A stretch of DNA of 64,000 nucleotides from an uncultured Candidatus Rokubacteria bacterium. Lineage in GTDB: Bacteria; Methylomirabilota; Methylomirabilia; Rokubacteriales; CSP1-6. The DNA is taken from the NCBI GenBank assembly GCA_963754315.1, contig CAVWFS010000005.1, forward strand, positions 128,001 to 192,000. The letters are read 5' to 3'. This document shows positions 1 through 10,180 of the stretch, piece by piece. The notes under the pieces are model-generated. The model was not told the DNA's origin, made no database searches, and saw only the letters and a list, made by a program, of their open reading frames with translations. How positions within the stretch are numbered: position 1 is the stretch's first letter; each line of letters starts with the position of its first letter. The translations under genes and the position numbers were made by a program.

Positions 1-650
1 AACGTCTTTCCCCTGGACAGCCGCGGAACTGCGCGCTTCGCCGACGAGCGTCCGCAGCTCACCAGGGAACGAAAGAGCTACGTGTACTTTCCGCACACCC
101 AGGCGGTGCCGGAAAACGTCGCGGTCAAGGTCCTCAATCGCGCCCACAGCATCACGGCCGAAGTGGAGATCCCCAAGGGCGGGGCCGAGGGCGTGCTCCT
201 CTGCCACGGGGGCAACACTGGCGGCTACTCCCTCTTCGTGAAGGACCAGAAGCTCCACTATGTCCACAACTACGTGGGCGCGGAGGAATACCACGTCGAG
301 TCCTCGGCGTCGGTTCCCGAGGGCAAGTGCGAGCTTCGCTTCGAGTTCGACCCGACCGGCCAGCCCGACATCGCCAAGGGCAAGGGCGCCGCGGGCGCGC
401 CCAGCTCTACATCAACAGCAAGCTGGCGGGCCAGGCCGACATCCCCGTAACCGTGCCGCTGGTCATGGCCCTCGGCGGCGGGCTGGTATGCGGCCGCAAC
501 CCGGGCTCGCCAGTCTCCCGGCTGTACGGGCCGCCCTTCCCGTTCACCGGGAAGATCATCAAGGTCACCGTGGAAGTGTCAGGGAAGATGATCCAGGACA
601 CCGAGGAGGAGATGAAAGCCCTCGCCAAGGCGCAGATGGCGCGGCAATAA
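1..650 (+). CDS. Arylsulfatase family protein, C-terminal part (5' end outside window; frameshift near 395)
   Basis: Frame 1 reads NVFPLDSR...VLNRAHSITAEVEIP..GAEGVL..GG..GGYSLFVKD.KLHYVHN, the typical C-terminal extension of large arylsulfatases. It continues in ORF 327..650 (LYINSKLAGQ...PFPFTGKIIKVTVE). Confidence 0.75.
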   Translation, partial: RLSPGQPRNCALRRRASAAHQGTKELRVLSAHPGGAGKRRGQGPQSRPQHHGRSGDPQGRGRGRAPLPRGQHWRLLPLREGPEAPLCPQLRGRGGIPRRVLGVGSRGQVRASLRVRPDRPARHRQGQGRRGRAQLYINSKLAGQADIPVTVPLVMALGGGLVCGRNPGSPVSRLYGPPFPFTGKIIKVTVEVSGKMIQDTEEEMKALAKAQMARQ

Positions 651-683
651 GTGGGCATCGAGGCGGTCCGTCGAGGACCCAGC

Positions 684-1237
684 ATGGGATAGACACGATT
701 CTCTGGCGACGCCTGGACGCGGCTGGTCACGACGCTTGTCGCCTTCTACAGAAGGACGGTGGTTGGCGACTGGAGGGCGCGGCGGCCTTCCGGCACGACG
801 GCGATCCGGCATGTCTCGTCTATGAGGCCGACTGCGATGGTGCGTGGCGGACGCGGGAGGGTGTCGTGCATGGCTGGGTGGGCACACGCCCGCTGGATTT
901 CAGGATCACACGATCAGAAGCCGGTATCTGGACGCTCAACGGTCAGGTCGTGCCCCATCTGGACGGGTGCGTCGATCTGGATTTCGGGTTCACCCCCGCC
1001 ACCAATCTGTTCCAGCTGCGGCGTGTGGCACTTCAGGTTGGCGAGGCCGCGGACGTCCCCGTTGCCTGGATCGACGTGTCTGCCGGCACCCTCGATACGT
1101 TGCATCAGCGTTACGAGCGCCGCACCGCCGAGGCGTACTGGTACGAAGCGCCGCGATTCGACTACTTCGCCCTTCTTCGTGTCAACGCCAACGGCTTCGT
1201 GGAGAAGTATCCAGATCTGTGGGAAGCGGAGTCGTGA
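684..1237 (+). CDS. Putative glycolipid-binding domain protein (PF06475-like)
   Basis: ILWRRLD..GHDACRL, GCVDLDFGFTPATN, LHQRYER, GFVEKYPDLW motifs. RBS GAGGA precedes the ATG at 684, which is one base out of frame (probable indel). Confidence 0.75.
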
Positions 1238-1317
1238 TCAACACTCCTGCGGCCGAGAGCGCGTTCGCCTGAAGACGGGCGACGTCGCCCATCGCGAAGC
1301 GTCAGTCTCGCCGGACG

Positions 1318-2394
1318 TCAGGGACGCACCAGGATCTTCGCGTGGTGGTCCGGCGAGCCGAGCGCGGCGAACGCCCCGGCCACGCCCTCGATCCCGACCG
1401 CACCCGTGATGAGCGGCGCCACCGGGATCGCGCCGGCGGCGATGTGGCCGAGGGTTGCCGCGAACTCGTCCTGGGTGTAGCCGAGCACGAACTGGAGGTT
1501 CAGCTCCTTGCTGATACCGAGCATCGGATGGATGGTGTCACCCTCCATGCAGACGCCCACCACGACGATGCGCGTGCCGCGCGGCGCAGCCGCCATGATC
1601 TGGTCGAGCACCCCGGGAACGCCGACGCACTCGAAGACCACGGCCGGGCGAACGGCCGGCCCGGGCAGCCAGGGCGGCAGCGCGGGGGCGCGGCTCAGAT
1701 CGCGCCAGACGGCCGCCTCACGCCAGCTCTGCCAGGGCGCCGTCGCCGCCGGATCGACGACCACGTCGGCGCCAATGATGCCAGCCAGCTCTCGCCGACG
1801 GGGGGAGAAATCAGCGGCGACGATCGGCCGCGTGTCGCGCAGGCGCAGCGCGGCGATCACCGCGAGACCCACCGGGCCGCAGCCGATCACCAGCGGCGCA
1901 TCGTCGGGCTCCAGCCGCGCCTTGTTCACCGCGTGCAGGCCAACAGCCATCGGCTCGGTGAGGGCGGCGTGCTCGGTAGTCAGCCCGGCCGGCACCGGCA
2001 AGAGAAGGCTCTCGGTGAGCCGCATATACTCGCCATAGCCACCGGGATGCTCATTGGAGTAGCCGACCGTCTGAGGCCCAGTGGAACGCATGAGCACCGG
2101 CCGTGAGCACACCCGCGTGCCGGCCGGCAGGGCGCGGCTCGTCCCTGGTCCGTGCTCGACGATCTCCGCACAGAACTCGTGGCCCATCACGACGTCGCGG
2201 GCAAGATCCATCACGAAGAGGTTGCCGGCACGGCGCGACGTCTCGACGAAGCGCTCCGCGTGCCGGAGGGCGTGAAGGTCGGAGCCGCAGATACCGCAGG
2301 CCAAGGTGCGCACGAGCACCTCGCCGGGCCCGGGCTCGGGGACCGGGACCTCGGCGACCATGAGCTGGCGATCCCGCATGACAGCCGCGCGCAT
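1318..2394 (-). CDS. Zinc-binding medium-chain alcohol dehydrogenase
   Basis: MRAAV start, CGICGSDLH, GHEF, GCGPVG Rossmann motif, VFECVG. Confidence 0.9.
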   Translation of the reverse strand: MRAAVMRDRQLMVAEVPVPEPGPGEVLVRTLACGICGSDLHALRHAERFVETSRRAGNLFVMDLARDVVMGHEFCAEIVEHGPGTSRALPAGTRVCSRPVLMRSTGPQTVGYSNEHPGGYGEYMRLTESLLLPVPAGLTTEHAALTEPMAVGLHAVNKARLEPDDAPLVIGCGPVGLAVIAALRLRDTRPIVAADFSPRRRELAGIIGADVVVDPAATAPWQSWREAAVWRDLSRAPALPPWLPGPAVRPAVVFECVGVPGVLDQIMAAAPRGTRIVVVGVCMEGDTIHPMLGISKELNLQFVLGYTQDEFAATLGHIAAGAIPVAPLITGAVGIEGVAGAFAALGSPDHHAKILVRP

Positions 2395-2585
2395 CGGGCT
2401 CATCGGTTCTATCTCCGGGCCATAGCGTAGATCAGCACGCAGACGAGTGCCACCGTCCGCTGCTGGCGCGACGGCGCGGGGCACGCTCGGCCGTGCCGCA
2501 ATCTCGTCGGGCTTGATCGCGCCGTGGTGAGGTACGCTCTTCCGAACACGGGTACGTACGTAGGCATCGGGAGGCGATAAAGGCC

Positions 2586-3735
2586 ATGAGGAACAACGCG
2601 CATTGGGTTGGCACCTGGACGGCGGCCCCGGCGCCAGCCGACGGTGCCGCCTTCAGCAACCATACCTTGCGGATGATCCCGCGCGTCAGCATCGGCGGCC
2701 GCTGGCTGCGCGTGCGCATCTCGAATGCCTATGGCACCCGCCCGCTGGCGATCGGCGCGGCGAGCGTGGGGCTGCGTAGCAGCGGGTCCGGCGGTGATGC
2801 CCGGCTCGAACCGACAGCTCACCTTCGGCGGTGAACCCGGTGCCACGATCGCCGCCGGCGCCCTCGTCGTCAGCGACCCGGTCGAGCTAGAGTTTGCGCC
2901 GCTTTCGGACCTCGCGGTCAGCGTCCATCTGCCGGACGATCTGCCGGCAAGTTTCGGGATCACCGGGCGCTATGCGCGGCAGACCAACTACATATCGCCG
3001 CCGGGCAATTTCGCCGCCGAAGAGTGCATGCCGGTTGGCCGCCTCACCGACGACTGGTACTTCGTGTGCGGCGTCGACGTCGTGGCACCGCGCGAAGCGG
3101 GCGCCATCGTCGCCCTCGGCGACTCGCTCACCGACGCCAATATCTCGACCCACGATGGCCATCACAGCTGGCCCTCGCAGCTCGCCCGCCGGCTGATCGC
3201 GCGGCCGAGCGGACGGCCGATGGCGGTGATGAACCAGGGACTCGGCGGCAACCGCATCCTGCACGATGTCCGGGGCGAGAGCGGCCTGCGCCGCTTCGAC
3301 CGCGACGTGCTGGCCCAGCCTGGCGTCACCCACACCGTGATCATGCTGGGCACCAACGATCTGCGGAACCGTCAGGGCAAGCCCGACGAAGAGCAGGTCA
3401 GCGCGCTGCAGATGATCGCCGGCTTGAAGCAATTCGCCGTCCGCGGCCACGCCCGCCGGGTCAAAGTCATCCTCGGCACCTTGACCCCGTTCGAGAACGA
3501 GACCTTCCTGCCCGGCGCCTGGAACCCGAAGCGGGAGGCGGTACGTCAGGCCGTGAACGAGTGGCTCCGCAAGACCGACGTCTTCGACGCCATCGTCGAC
3601 TTCGACCGGGCGCTGGCCGATCCCGACCATCCAACCCGGATGCTGCCGATCTACGATTGCGGCGACCATCTTCACCCGAGCGACCGGGGATACCGTGCGA
3701 TGGGTGACGCGATCGATCTGTCGCTGTTCGACTGA
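2586..3735 (+). CDS. SGNH/GDSL hydrolase (frameshift near 2780)
   Basis: N-terminus WVGTW...LRVRISNAYGTRPL (ORF 2586..2834) joins ORF 2725..3735, which has blocks GDSLTD, NQGLGGN, GTND and DHLHP. Confidence 0.85.
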
Positions 3736-3840
3736 CCCTGCGGTCCTGGCTGGAGACGTGGCCTACCACCCTTCGAGAATCGACTGCTGACCGGCGACCC
3801 ACCCGCCCGGCCGCGCCTTGATCGTCGCCGACGGCGCGCC

Positions 3841-4878
3841 ATGCGCCTCATGGCGGCCGCCGGGGCGCTGCTATTGAGCGCATGCCAATCGCGCCCGATC
3901 GAACTGTACTCCCACGCCTTGCCACCGGTCGTCCTGGCGACGGTCGATGACACCGGCGTCCGCGACCTGCGGGCAAGCTATCGGGCCGCCCTCTGTCGCC
4001 GACTGCCGGCCACAGGACCGGCATGCGAAGACGTCTTGCTGCGACTCCCGGGCGAGGGACCGCCCGGGGCGCATCCGGCCACCGATGGTCTTCCGGGGCG
4101 CTACCGGATCGTATTCGTACCGGGATTCTTCGCGGAATGCTTCCATCGCTTCGTCCGCCCGTTCGGCGATGTGCAGCGTGCCCTCCAAGCCGAAGGGTTC
4201 GAGGTCGACTACGTCCGGGTGTCCGGCCGCGCTCCCAGCGCCGCGAACGCGAGGCAACTTGCCGAGCACTTTGCGACCCTGGCCGACGATCCGCGGCCGG
4301 TCATCGTGGTCGCGCACTCGAAGGGGCTGCTCGACACCCTCGAGTTTGCCGTGCAACATCCAGAGGCCGCCGCGCGTCTCGCGGCCATCGTGAGCGTGGC
4401 CGGCGCCGTGAATGGGAGCCCGCTCGCGGATCACTTTCAGGGGATCTATCGTGACTGGCTCGCCACGTTTCCCCTGTCGGATTGCGCTCGCGGCAGCGGT
4501 GAGGAGATTTCCGACCTGCGGCGCGATGTCCGTCTCGAATGGTGGCACCGGAATCGCCCGGCCGTGGTGGTGCCGATCTTCGCTCTCGTGGCCGCGCCGA
4601 GGTCGGATCGCATCTCGCGCGCAGCACGTCTGACGTACGGCCAGCTCGCCCGCTTCGATCCGCTCAACGACGGCCAGGTCATCTGGTACGACCAGCTCAT
4701 CCCGGGGGGCTTCCTGCTCGGCTATGCGAACGCCGACCACTGGGCGATAGCGATTCCTGTGTCCGAAGACATTCCCTCCGCGTCCTTCATGTTCCGCGAC
4801 GACTTCCCGCGCGCGGCGATGGTACGAGCCGCCCTCGAGGTCGTGGCGGCGACCTTGAGCGCCAGTGAGGGAGACTAG
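3841..4878 (+). CDS. Lipoprotein alpha/beta hydrolase (lipase-like)
   Basis: Lipobox LLLSAC, VFVPG oxyanion motif, AHSKG nucleophile elbow, NDG Asp, ADHW His. Confidence 0.75.
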   Translation: MRLMAAAGALLLSACQSRPIELYSHALPPVVLATVDDTGVRDLRASYRAALCRRLPATGPACEDVLLRLPGEGPPGAHPATDGLPGRYRIVFVPGFFAECFHRFVRPFGDVQRALQAEGFEVDYVRVSGRAPSAANARQLAEHFATLADDPRPVIVVAHSKGLLDTLEFAVQHPEAAARLAAIVSVAGAVNGSPLADHFQGIYRDWLATFPLSDCARGSGEEISDLRRDVRLEWWHRNRPAVVVPIFALVAAPRSDRISRAARLTYGQLARFDPLNDGQVIWYDQLIPGGFLLGYANADHWAIAIPVSEDIPSASFMFRDDFPRAAMVRAALEVVAATLSASEGD

Positions 4879-4914
4879 ATCTGACCCTTCGTGCTGGCGT
4901 CCAGCGTGAAGCGG

Positions 4915-5979
4915 CTACGGGGCGGAGCGGTTGCCGAGAACCTCGTCCACGGTTTCGATGGCCGCTTCGACCAGCGCGGTGCGCGGGAGGTCGTCGCGAA
5001 ACAGCGAGGCCATCGTGGGCAGGGCGCGCGACATCGACATGGCGACGGCCCAGTGATCGGCATTGACGTAGCCGAGGAGGCTGCCGCCGGGAACGATCTG
5101 GTCATACCAGATGAGCAGGCCGTCATTGCGCGGCTCGATCCGGGCCAGCTCCTGGTATGTCTCCATCAGCATGGGAGAGACCCGGTCCGGTCGAGGCGTG
5201 GTCACGAGCGCGAACACGGGCTTGGACACGCCTGCGCGGTGGCTCTGCCACCACGCGAGCCGTGTCTGACGGCGGAGGTCCGACATCTCGTCTCCGTCTG
5301 CTTGACGACACTCTGCGCTGGGTAGCGAGGCGCGCCACGTGCGAAAGCTCGTTTGGAGACGGTCGGCGAAGAGACTGCCGTTCATCGCTCCCGCCACGCT
5401 GACGATAGCCCCGATCGACGACGCAGCTTCCGGATAGCGCACGACCAACTCGAGAACGTCGGGAAGACCCCTCGCGTACGCGAACACGATGAGCGGGCGC
5501 GGATCCCGCGGCAGCGCCGTGAACCCACCCGCTAGCCGAGCGGCGTTGTCCTGGCTGCTGCCGCGTCCGCGGAGGGACAGACGGTAGACCTCAAAGCCAG
5601 CGCGAGCCAGGTGATCCATCGTCTCCTCGAATGGCCGGGCGCTTGCCTCGAGGCACTCGGCCAGAAGACCGGGGACGAAGGCCAGGCGGTAGCGCTGGGC
5701 CGCGCCCGGCTGCGGAGCGGACGGGGGGGAGCTGATCTCGCCCGCCAGCTCAAGTAGGAGCTGATCGCAGGATGGTTCGCCGGCGGGCAGTCGCCGGCAC
5801 AGTGCGGTGCGATAGAGACCGCGAAGATCTCGTACGCCGGCTCCGGCGGCGGTGGTCAGCACAATGGGTGTGCTGTTGGAGTACGGTGGAACCGTCGGCG
5901 CGGCGCACCCGGTCAGGGCGAGCGCGCTGGCGACAAGACGGAGCAGCCCCCGCGCGGTGGGAGGCGCTACTATGGCCAT
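4915..5979 (-). CDS. Lipoprotein alpha/beta hydrolase paralog, nucleophile Ser replaced by Ala
   Basis: Colinear with 3841..4878 (GVRDLR..YR.ALCRRLP, FVPG, VSVAGA.NGS, NDG..IWYDQ..PGG.LLGY.NADHWA). Lipobox LALTGC. The elbow reads AYARG. Confidence 0.7.
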   Translation of the reverse strand: MAIVAPPTARGLLRLVASALALTGCAAPTVPPYSNSTPIVLTTAAGAGVRDLRGLYRTALCRRLPAGEPSCDQLLLELAGEISSPPSAPQPGAAQRYRLAFVPGLLAECLEASARPFEETMDHLARAGFEVYRLSLRGRGSSQDNAARLAGGFTALPRDPRPLIVFAYARGLPDVLELVVRYPEAASSIGAIVSVAGAMNGSLFADRLQTSFRTWRASLPSAECRQADGDEMSDLRRQTRLAWWQSHRAGVSKPVFALVTTPRPDRVSPMLMETYQELARIEPRNDGLLIWYDQIVPGGSLLGYVNADHWAVAMSMSRALPTMASLFRDDLPRTALVEAAIETVDEVLGNRSAP

Positions 5980-6051
5980 ACGACTCCAGATTACGCTTGA
6001 GGTGAGCATGCGCACGAGGGTTCAGACTCATTGGGGTTGATGGGGAGACCT

Positions 6052-7086
6052 ATGCCAGTGGCGGCGGGCTGGATCCACACGATCGCGGGAACGGGTGCCA
6101 AGGGGTACGCCGGTGACGGGGGACCGGCGCTGCAGGCGCTGCTCAATGAACCATTCATGTGCGCCTTCGACACCGCGGGCAATCTGTATGTGACCGAAGC
6201 GACCAATCACTGCGTGCGTCGGATCGATACAGCTACCGGAGTGATCACCACCGTGGCGGGCACCGGCGCGCCTGGGTACTCGGGCGATGGTGGCCTCGCC
6301 ACGCGGGCCACGCTCAACCAGCCCTACTCGGTGCAGATCGACGCCAATGGCGACATCTACATCGTTGACCGCTTAAACGCCGCCATCCGTAAGGTCGACG
6401 CGGTCACCGGGCTCATCACCACGGTGGCCGGGACCGGAGAGCCGGGATCCAGTGGCGATGGCGGGCCCGGGCCGCAGGCGCAGCTACGTGAACCGAACGA
6501 TTGCTTTCTCGATGGTCGCGGAGGCCTCCTCATTGCCGATGTGCAGGATCAGCGCATCCGTCGCCTGGATGTCCGCAGCGGCATCATCACCACGTTTGCC
6601 GGAACGGGAGAGAAGGCCCGCACCGGCGATGGCCGGGCAGCCACCGCGGCGAGCATCCTGGGCGCGCGCGCCGTGTGCACGGATCGCCGAGGCCAGACCT
6701 ACATCTGCGAGCGGGAAGGCAATGGCATCCGTCGGGTCGATGCCCACGGCATCATGTCGACCTATGCGGGAACTGGCGAGCGCGGGTATGGCGGCGACGG
6801 CGGTCCGGCCCTGGCCGCCACCTGGGGAGCCCCCAAGGCCATCCGCTGCGACCGGCACGACAACGTGCTGGTGGTGGACACCGAGAACCACGCGATACGC
6901 CGCATCGACGCGGTGACGGGTGTGGTCACCACCATTGCCGGAGGCCGCCAGGGTGGTGGCGGCGATGGCGGCCCCGCGATCGCCGCCGGGCTCGACCGAC
7001 CACACGGCTGTGACGTGGACGCGCAGGGCAACATGTATATCGCCGACAGTAACAACCACCGCGTGCGGGTGGTGGCGGCTCGGTAG
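6052..7086 (+). CDS. NHL-repeat beta-propeller protein
   Basis: About six repeats of I.T.AGTG..G..GDGGPA..A.L..P......D..GN.YI.D..N..IRRID. Confidence 0.85.
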   Translation: MPVAAGWIHTIAGTGAKGYAGDGGPALQALLNEPFMCAFDTAGNLYVTEATNHCVRRIDTATGVITTVAGTGAPGYSGDGGLATRATLNQPYSVQIDANGDIYIVDRLNAAIRKVDAVTGLITTVAGTGEPGSSGDGGPGPQAQLREPNDCFLDGRGGLLIADVQDQRIRRLDVRSGIITTFAGTGEKARTGDGRAATAASILGARAVCTDRRGQTYICEREGNGIRRVDAHGIMSTYAGTGERGYGGDGGPALAATWGAPKAIRCDRHDNVLVVDTENHAIRRIDAVTGVVTTIAGGRQGGGGDGGPAIAAGLDRPHGCDVDAQGNMYIADSNNHRVRVVAAR

Positions 7087-7161
7087 GCGCCCGCAACACC
7101 AGAGTTTTTCGGCCAGCGAGCCCAGGATCGACAACGAGATGTCCAGCGGCGCCGCCTCGTC

Positions 7162-7205
7162 TATAGTCTAGACAGCGCTCAGGTATAGTCTAGACAGCGC
7201 TCAGG
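7162..7205 (+). repeat. Perfect 22-bp tandem duplication TATAGTCTAGACAGCGCTCAGG x2, each copy containing palindrome GTCTAGAC
   Basis: Read directly at 7162-7183 and 7184-7205, about 60 bp upstream of the SBP start codon. Confidence 0.9.
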
Positions 7206-7265
7206 TACCTGTCTGTCCCCGGCCCTTCCGCCGGGAACGACCCCGAAAGGAGATCGAGTTCCCTC

Positions 7266-8825
7266 ATGAGTCAGCTTCGTCCGCGTTCCTGCCGCCTCAC
7301 CATGCTTGCCGTTCTCGTCCTCGCGCTGTTCACGGCCGCGCCCGCCGGACACGCCGCGGCCGCCGCGTCGGGGCAGCTCACGTATGCCGTGCACATCTCG
7401 CTGGCGCCCACGTGGTTCGACCCCGCGGAGACACCGAGCCTCATCACACCGTTCATGGTGCTCTATGCCATGCACGACGCGCTCGTCAAACCGATGCCAG
7501 GCGCGCCCCAAGGCAAAAGCCTGGCTGAGAACTGGTCGGTCTCCAAGGACGGCCTCGTCTACGAATTCGTGCTGAGGAAAGGCGTCAAGTTTCACAACGG
7601 CGACGTGATGACCGCCGACGACGTCAAGTTCTCGTTCGAGCGCTACCGGGGCGCCGCCGCCAAGCTTCTCAAGGAGCGAGTGGCCGCGGTGGAGATCGTC
7701 GATCCCCACAAGGTGCGGTTCCGCCTGAAGAAGCCGTGGCTCGACTTCATGACGTTCTTCGCCACACCAGCGACGGGGGCCGCCTGGATCGTGCCCAAGA
7801 AGTACGTGGAGAAGGTCGGCGACGAGGGCTTCAAGAAGGCGCCGATCGGCGCCGGACCCTACAAGTTCGTCTCGTTCAAGCCGGGTGTCGAGCTGACCCT
7901 CGAGGCCCACGAGGGATATTGGCGCAAGACGCCATCCATCAAGACGCTCGTGCTGCGCAGCGTCCCCGACGAGTCGACGCGGCTGGCCGCCCTCAAGCGG
8001 AACGAGGTCGACATCGCCTACTCGATCACCGGCGCCCTCGCCCAGGAGCTGAAGCAGTCGCCGGGGCTGAAGCTCGCCCCCACCCACTTCACCTTCACCA
8101 CGTGGCTGCTCTTCACCGAGCAGTGGGATCCGAAATCGCCCTGGCACGACCGGCGCGTGCGTCTGGCCGCCAACCTCGCCATCGATCGCCAGGCGATCAA
8201 CCAGGCCGCCTACCTCGGCCTCGCCAAGCCGGCGCTGTCCTTCGTGCCCTCGGGCATGGACTATTTCTGGGCTCCCCCGCCCTACCCGTACGACCCGGCG
8301 AAGGCCAAGCAGCTCCTGGCCGAGGCGGGATATCCCAACGGCTTCGCGGGCGGCGACCTGTCCGGCGAAATGATCTACGGCAGCGCCATCGGGGAACCGG
8401 TCGCGAACTATCTGCAGGCGGTCGGGATCCGCACGCAGCTCCGTCTCTTGGAGCGAGCCGCCTACTACAAGGAATACGCCGACAAGAAGCTGCGTGGCCT
8501 CCTCCACACCGGCAGCGGAGCCCCCGGCAACGCGGCCACCCGCATCGACTCCTACGCCGTCACGGGCGGCTCGTACGTCTACAACACCTACCCGGAGATC
8601 GACGGCCTCTTCTCTGAGCAGGTGAACGAGCAGAACCCGCGCGTGCGCACCCAGATCCTCCAGAAGATCCAGCAGATCATCCATGATCGCGTGATGTTCG
8701 CCCCGGTCATGGAGCCCGCGTTCCTGAACGGCGTCGGCCCCCGCGTCGACAACAACGGTCTCGGCGCCATCGCCAACTTCCCCTACTCGGCGCCCTACGA
8801 AGACCTCACCTTGAAGGCCAAGTGA
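7266..8825 (+). CDS. ABC transporter substrate-binding protein, family 5 (peptide/nickel)
   Basis: Signal peptide, SLAENW.VS.DGLVYEF.LRKGVKFHNG, PIGAGPYKF, RVRLAANLAIDR. Confidence 0.92.
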   Translation: MSQLRPRSCRLTMLAVLVLALFTAAPAGHAAAAASGQLTYAVHISLAPTWFDPAETPSLITPFMVLYAMHDALVKPMPGAPQGKSLAENWSVSKDGLVYEFVLRKGVKFHNGDVMTADDVKFSFERYRGAAAKLLKERVAAVEIVDPHKVRFRLKKPWLDFMTFFATPATGAAWIVPKKYVEKVGDEGFKKAPIGAGPYKFVSFKPGVELTLEAHEGYWRKTPSIKTLVLRSVPDESTRLAALKRNEVDIAYSITGALAQELKQSPGLKLAPTHFTFTTWLLFTEQWDPKSPWHDRRVRLAANLAIDRQAINQAAYLGLAKPALSFVPSGMDYFWAPPPYPYDPAKAKQLLAEAGYPNGFAGGDLSGEMIYGSAIGEPVANYLQAVGIRTQLRLLERAAYYKEYADKKLRGLLHTGSGAPGNAATRIDSYAVTGGSYVYNTYPEIDGLFSEQVNEQNPRVRTQILQKIQQIIHDRVMFAPVMEPAFLNGVGPRVDNNGLGAIANFPYSAPYEDLTLKAK

Positions 8826-8975
8826 GGGCGTTCGTCGGCACGCCGCTGGGGCTCATCGCCGCGCTGACCCTCGCAATCCTGGCGGCGCTGCCTGCCGCCG
8901 GCGCGCAACCGACGGGGAAGGTCCCCAGGATCGGCGTTCTCCAGCCAGGCACCCGCCATCTTTCACATGAGCTCA
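8822..8975 (+). pseudogene. 5' remnant of an ABC substrate-binding protein (PF04392-like)
   Basis: Signal peptide then AQPTGKVPRIGVLQPG, the typical N-terminus of this family. Similarity is lost immediately afterwards. Confidence 0.55.
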
Positions 8976-9187
8976 GTGGTCATGACCCTCGGCAGCATGC
9001 TCGCCGGGGCTCTGGCGGCGCTGGTGGGGGCGCGCTGGGCGGCGGCCGCGATGGGTGCGGCGGGCGCCCTGCTCACGATCACGATTGGTGCGGCGCTGCC
9101 GCCCGCTCGACGCATCCGCTAGGGCACGACGCGCCGGTTCGCTGATCAAGGAGGTCAACAATGGCTGGAGAATGCGAAAGGTGAGAC

Positions 9188-9538
9188 ATGACGCCGAACC
9201 AGAAGATGGTCGAGAGATACATGGACGGCTTCAGGAGAAGCGACCATGAGCAGATTCTGTCGTGCCTGACGGATGACGTTGAGTGGGAGATCCCGGGTGC
9301 CTTCCACGTACGTGGTAAAGCAGCGTTCGACACGCACATCGAAGATGATGGTTTCGTCGGCAGCCCCGCCATCATCGTTACCCGTCTCACCGAAGAGGGC
9401 GATGTGGTCGTGGCGGAGGGATCGGTGCGCACTCAGCGGAAGGACGGCACGTCGTTGCACCTCGCGTTCTGCGATGTCTTCGAGATGCAGGAGGGGAAGA
9501 TCCGAAGGTTGATCAGCTATCTGATGGCAACGCAGTGA
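9188..9538 (+). CDS. SnoaL-like / NTF2 family protein
   Basis: 116 aa with CLTDDVEWEIPG..GK, EGDVVVAEG, FCDVFEMQEGKIRRLISY. Confidence 0.85.
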   Translation: MTPNQKMVERYMDGFRRSDHEQILSCLTDDVEWEIPGAFHVRGKAAFDTHIEDDGFVGSPAIIVTRLTEEGDVVVAEGSVRTQRKDGTSLHLAFCDVFEMQEGKIRRLISYLMATQ

Positions 9539-9558
9539 GCAACGCGCGCACCTGATCC

Positions 9559-10164
9559 CTACCCCCCGGTCGCCGCCGGCTCACCCAGCGACAGCATCAG
9601 GCGATTGGCCCAGTTGAAGAACGCCGCGGCGTGGATAACGTCGGCGATGGCCAGATCGTCGAGCCCTGAACGGCGCAGGCGATCCACATGCTCCGGTCCG
9701 AAGGCCATCGGTGTGGCCGTCAGCGCCACCGAGGCCGCGACGATGGCATTCCAGCGCTCTCCGAGATCCGCGGTGACGCCGTCGTCGAGCAGTCGTTGAA
9801 CATCTGCCTCGCGCTTCGAATAGGTCGCCGCGAAGCGCGCATGCACCGAGGCACAGTAGAGGCACCCGTTGGACCGAGACGTCGCGGCGGCCGCCAGCTC
9901 GCGCTCGGCTCGCGGCAGACCGGCATCGGGGTTGTAGAAGATGTCCTTGTCCGTTCGCGTCCTGGCCTCCAGCGCGTCCGGATCACGGGCCAGCAGGCGG
10001 AAATACGGCGACTTCACCCGGGCGGCGTCCACGAGACTCGCCAGGTGGCGCTCGGTCATCGCGTCGATCGCCAGCGGTTCGAGCCACGGCAGCCATTCGA
10101 GCTGGGCCCGGGTAAAGGCAACGGGAGCCGTGTGGTCGGGCGGAATCAGGACCGTATCGGGCAT
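9559..10164 (-). CDS. Alkylhydroperoxidase (AhpD-like) domain protein
   Basis: ERELAAAATSRSNGCLYCASVH CxxC motif and AAFFNWANRL. Confidence 0.85.
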   Translation of the reverse strand: MPDTVLIPPDHTAPVAFTRAQLEWLPWLEPLAIDAMTERHLASLVDAARVKSPYFRLLARDPDALEARTRTDKDIFYNPDAGLPRAERELAAAATSRSNGCLYCASVHARFAATYSKREADVQRLLDDGVTADLGERWNAIVAASVALTATPMAFGPEHVDRLRRSGLDDLAIADVIHAAAFFNWANRLMLSLGEPAATGG

Positions 10165-10180
10165 GGCAGAACCTCGCGTG

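Noticed and set aside
260..1237. 325-aa ORF as a single protein
   Set aside because: The 5' part is an off-frame overlap of the sulfatase; the real domain begins near 684.
7179..8684. Long antisense ORFs (also 19101-20714, 55788-57275, 50198-51571 and others)
   Set aside because: These are shadow ORFs opposite well-supported genes, expected in high-GC DNA, and have no motifs.
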